Part shown: positions 61,541 to 64,000 of the stretch, piece by piece
Numbering within the stretch: position 1 is the stretch's first letter
Layout of the letters: each line of letters opens with the position of its first letter
From: Callorhinchus milii
Lineage: Eukaryota
Reading direction: 5' to 3'
Length of the DNA stretch: 64,000 nt
NCBI RefSeq assembly: GCF_018977255.1
Contig: NW_024704824.1
Coordinates: forward strand, 124,001 to 188,000
The notes under the pieces: model-generated
The model's input: only the letters and a program-made list of their open reading frames with translations
Databases searched by the model: none
Told to the model about the DNA's origin: nothing
Translations under genes and position numbers: made by a program

Positions 61541-61932
61541 TTTTGTACACGAAACAACCTTCAGTGTATCTGCTTCTCCCATCGGCAGAAGAATTGTCTG
61601 CTCAGCAGTCTCTCACCCTCAGTTGCCTGGTGAAGAACTTCGCTCCCAAAGAGATCTTTGTGGAGTGGACTGTGAATGACCAATCGATTGATGCCGACAA
61701 ATACAAGAACACTGAGGTGATGGCAGACAGTGCAGATGGCGATTACTCCATGTACAGCATGTTATCCATCTCAGCCGGAGATTGGGACAGAGGCTATTCC
61801 TACTCCTGTGTGGTCGGACATGAAACTTTCCCACTGAAGACCCTGACCAGAGCCGTTAATAAATCCAGCGGTAAACCGAGTTTTGTAAACATTTCCCTTG
61901 TCCTGATGGACACCGTGAATGCCTGTCAATGA
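61541..61932 (+). CDS. IGHM: IgM cluster 3 Cmu4 exon with secretory tailpiece
   Basis: Ends [23 protein letters not shown]; TM donor G|GTAAA at 61870/61871. Confidence 0.96.
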
Positions 61933-62018
61933 GGCTCTCAATACCATTTTGCTTATTTTTTGTGCACCCGCCTCCCGACCATTGCATTGTCAATTTGGAG
62001 TCATGAAAAAGTAACTCA

Positions 62019-62024
62019 AATAAA
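62019..62024 (+). terminator. Polyadenylation signal for the secretory mu form, cluster 3
   Basis: AATAAA 87 nt after the stop codon. Confidence 0.75.
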
Positions 62025-62289
62025 GATCATTGTTGTATTTATGAGTCAGGTACAGAGGGGATGATTTCCAATTAATTGCACAGACAATTTTCAGAGTGAG
62101 GAATGATACACCTTTTGTTTGAAGTGATGATAGTATCAAGTTAGTAGAACAGTCAGTTTGGTTTGGATATTCTTAAGCACAGGGATGGATTTCCACTTGT
62201 TTTTGTTAAACTAAATACTGCTGAAGGACAGACACAGATCGCGGTACAGCAACATGTTCACAAATACACCCACTGAGCCATTCTCGTTG

Positions 62290-62640
62290 GTTGAAAAACA
62301 AACACTCATTCACATTCACATCCACACACACTCACACACACTGACATCCACCCACGTCCATATAGACACACAATCAATCTCATCCACTGAGGCCCCCACA
62401 CACAACCAGACCGACCCAGGCCCACACACACTGACACACACTCACACAACACAGGCCCACACACACTCACACACACTCACACAACACAGAACCACAATCA
62501 ACTCACACACACTCATACCCACCCAGACCGATACACATTGACAAACACCCACATCCATCTCGGCCCACCCAGGAGCACACACTCACACACACACATCCAC
62601 CCGGTCCATGCGCACTCACGTACACTCACACAAAACTGCA
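62290..62640. repeat. (CA)-rich low-complexity tract at the site orthologous to the cluster 1 minisatellite
   Basis: Flanks match 16570+ and 15800- of cluster 1. Confidence 0.75.
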
Positions 62641-63689
62641 TTGCTGTGACACTTCACCAAGTAGGACACCCACACTGTCAGGAAACTGGCTTCTCCCCTT
62701 TTATGCATTGCTGTAACAAATACATCTCAATGTCACCATTTTCCTTGAGGTGAATCTGCAGGTTTTTGAGAATATGATACCTGTTTTTGTTCTCTAAGAT
62801 AGGAAACATCACCTTGACAGTGAGTGTCAGTGTCTGATCCCTTCCCCAATCAGTCTCACATGGCCACATGCAGCAAAGGTGGTAATCAATAAAGCTCAGG
62901 GATGAACCGTTACACTTAACCCTCAATCCCTTCAGCTGATGTAACCTGACGTTTGTGTCGGTTCCTCTATTGCTTTACAGCAATATTAACCATTTTGAAA
63001 TAGGCACAGTGCCATTGATAAAAATATTGATGATGACATAATATGGTAAAGGACACAGTCAGGAATAACATGGGGAATGGCATAAAGTTACAGAGCGTTC
63101 GGCTGAGTTGGCAGAAAGGTGGAAATGAAGTTCAATATTGACACAGCAGTTTTTTGAAAGTATATTCAGGAAAAATAATCACTAAACGTATTACAGAAAA
63201 ATAATTCTAATATAAGTGGAATGAAGAAAACTTGGAGTATAAATCGATGGGATTCAATATCAAAAGACCATAAAAATGGATTCAGTGTTTTTCAGAGCAG
63301 AAATTGATTGCCAATTCTATATAAAGTTCGCAGGATTGTGGGTGGGGCACTGCGCGCAGTTCTGGACACTGTTATACAAAGGACATAAGAGCCACTGAGT
63401 GGGTTTAGGGAAGTTTCACAAAGATCACACGGATGATCTCTGTGATTGGCGTTACAGTGATGAGGATTAGCTTCAAACACTGTGGCTGTTCTCATAAAAA
63501 GCGAAAGGAAAAAAAAGGGAAGTCTCTAAATACACGTTTTCAAATGTATGAAGATTTTGAAAGACTGAATTAGTGAAAGACAATTGTATCCATACAACAG
63601 TATAAAACACCCAAGAATGTCACTGAAAAATATAAAGGCAGATTTATTTGGAGATATACAGTATTTATTTAGAGATACACAGTACTTCT

Positions 63690-63950
63690 ACTGCCAGTAA
63701 TCCTTCCATTTGATATCGCAGCTTATTACATCACACGCCTAATAATAATCCCTCCAAAACAAAAAACAATAATAAATTGGTCATTTTCAATCTACGACTG
63801 TTTGTGGGACATTGCTGTGGCAATTAGCTGCCGGGTTCGCCCACAAATATACAGTCAATTCACTTTACAGTGTGTTCTGTGAAGCGCTTTGGGACGTCCT
63901 CCCGACGTGAAAAGCGCTATATCAAATGCAATAATTATTATTATTATTAT
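63690..63950 (+). mobile_element. SINE body and L2-type tail
   Basis: ctgtttgtgggacattgctgtggcaattagctgcc...gcgctttgggacgtcc...aaatgcaataattatt. Confidence 0.75.
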
Positions 63951-64000
63951 CTCCGAGATGCCTCGAAGCGCTTCATAGAATGTACTTTAAGTGAATTAAT

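Noticed and set aside
13702-61932. IgNAR or IgW assignment
   Set aside because: Four C exons, the [19 protein letters not shown] tailpiece, a Cmu1 with the L-chain Cys and a conventional VH FR2 (WVRQ..GKGLEW) fit IgM.

Overview
Vertebrate genomic DNA from a cartilaginous fish. The multicluster IgH organisation and L2/CR1-dominated repeats point to this; a chimaera is possible, but the species cannot be fixed from sequence alone. The window holds three IgM heavy-chain (V-D-D-J-Cmu) clusters arranged head-to-head, and each is broken differently. Cluster 1 (minus strand, about 13.7-21.6 kb) has a frameshifted V, both D segments, no J, and Cmu1 followed directly by Cmu4, TM1 and TM2 because Cmu2 and Cmu3 are deleted. 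Cluster 2 (minus strand, 28.6-30.9 kb) is an orphan Cmu1-Cmu3: a 4,980-bp deletion removed promoter-V-D-D-J, and Cmu4 is lost at an L2 junction. Cluster 3 (plus strand, 52.7-61.9 kb) is complete from leader to secretory tail except for a 1-bp deletion in V; its TM exons presumably lie beyond the window. An ADPRH (ARH1) coding exon sits at the left end. The rest is L2 and CR1 LINEs, tRNA-headed SINEs with L2-type tails, simple repeats, an ~21 x 84-bp GC-rich array that appears to be an amplified L2 5' end, and an orphan CpG-island TATA/Inr promoter near 41 kb. All coordinates and comparisons were made by eye; no database searches were run. N-gaps and near-identical duplicated arms mean some lesions could be assembly errors.
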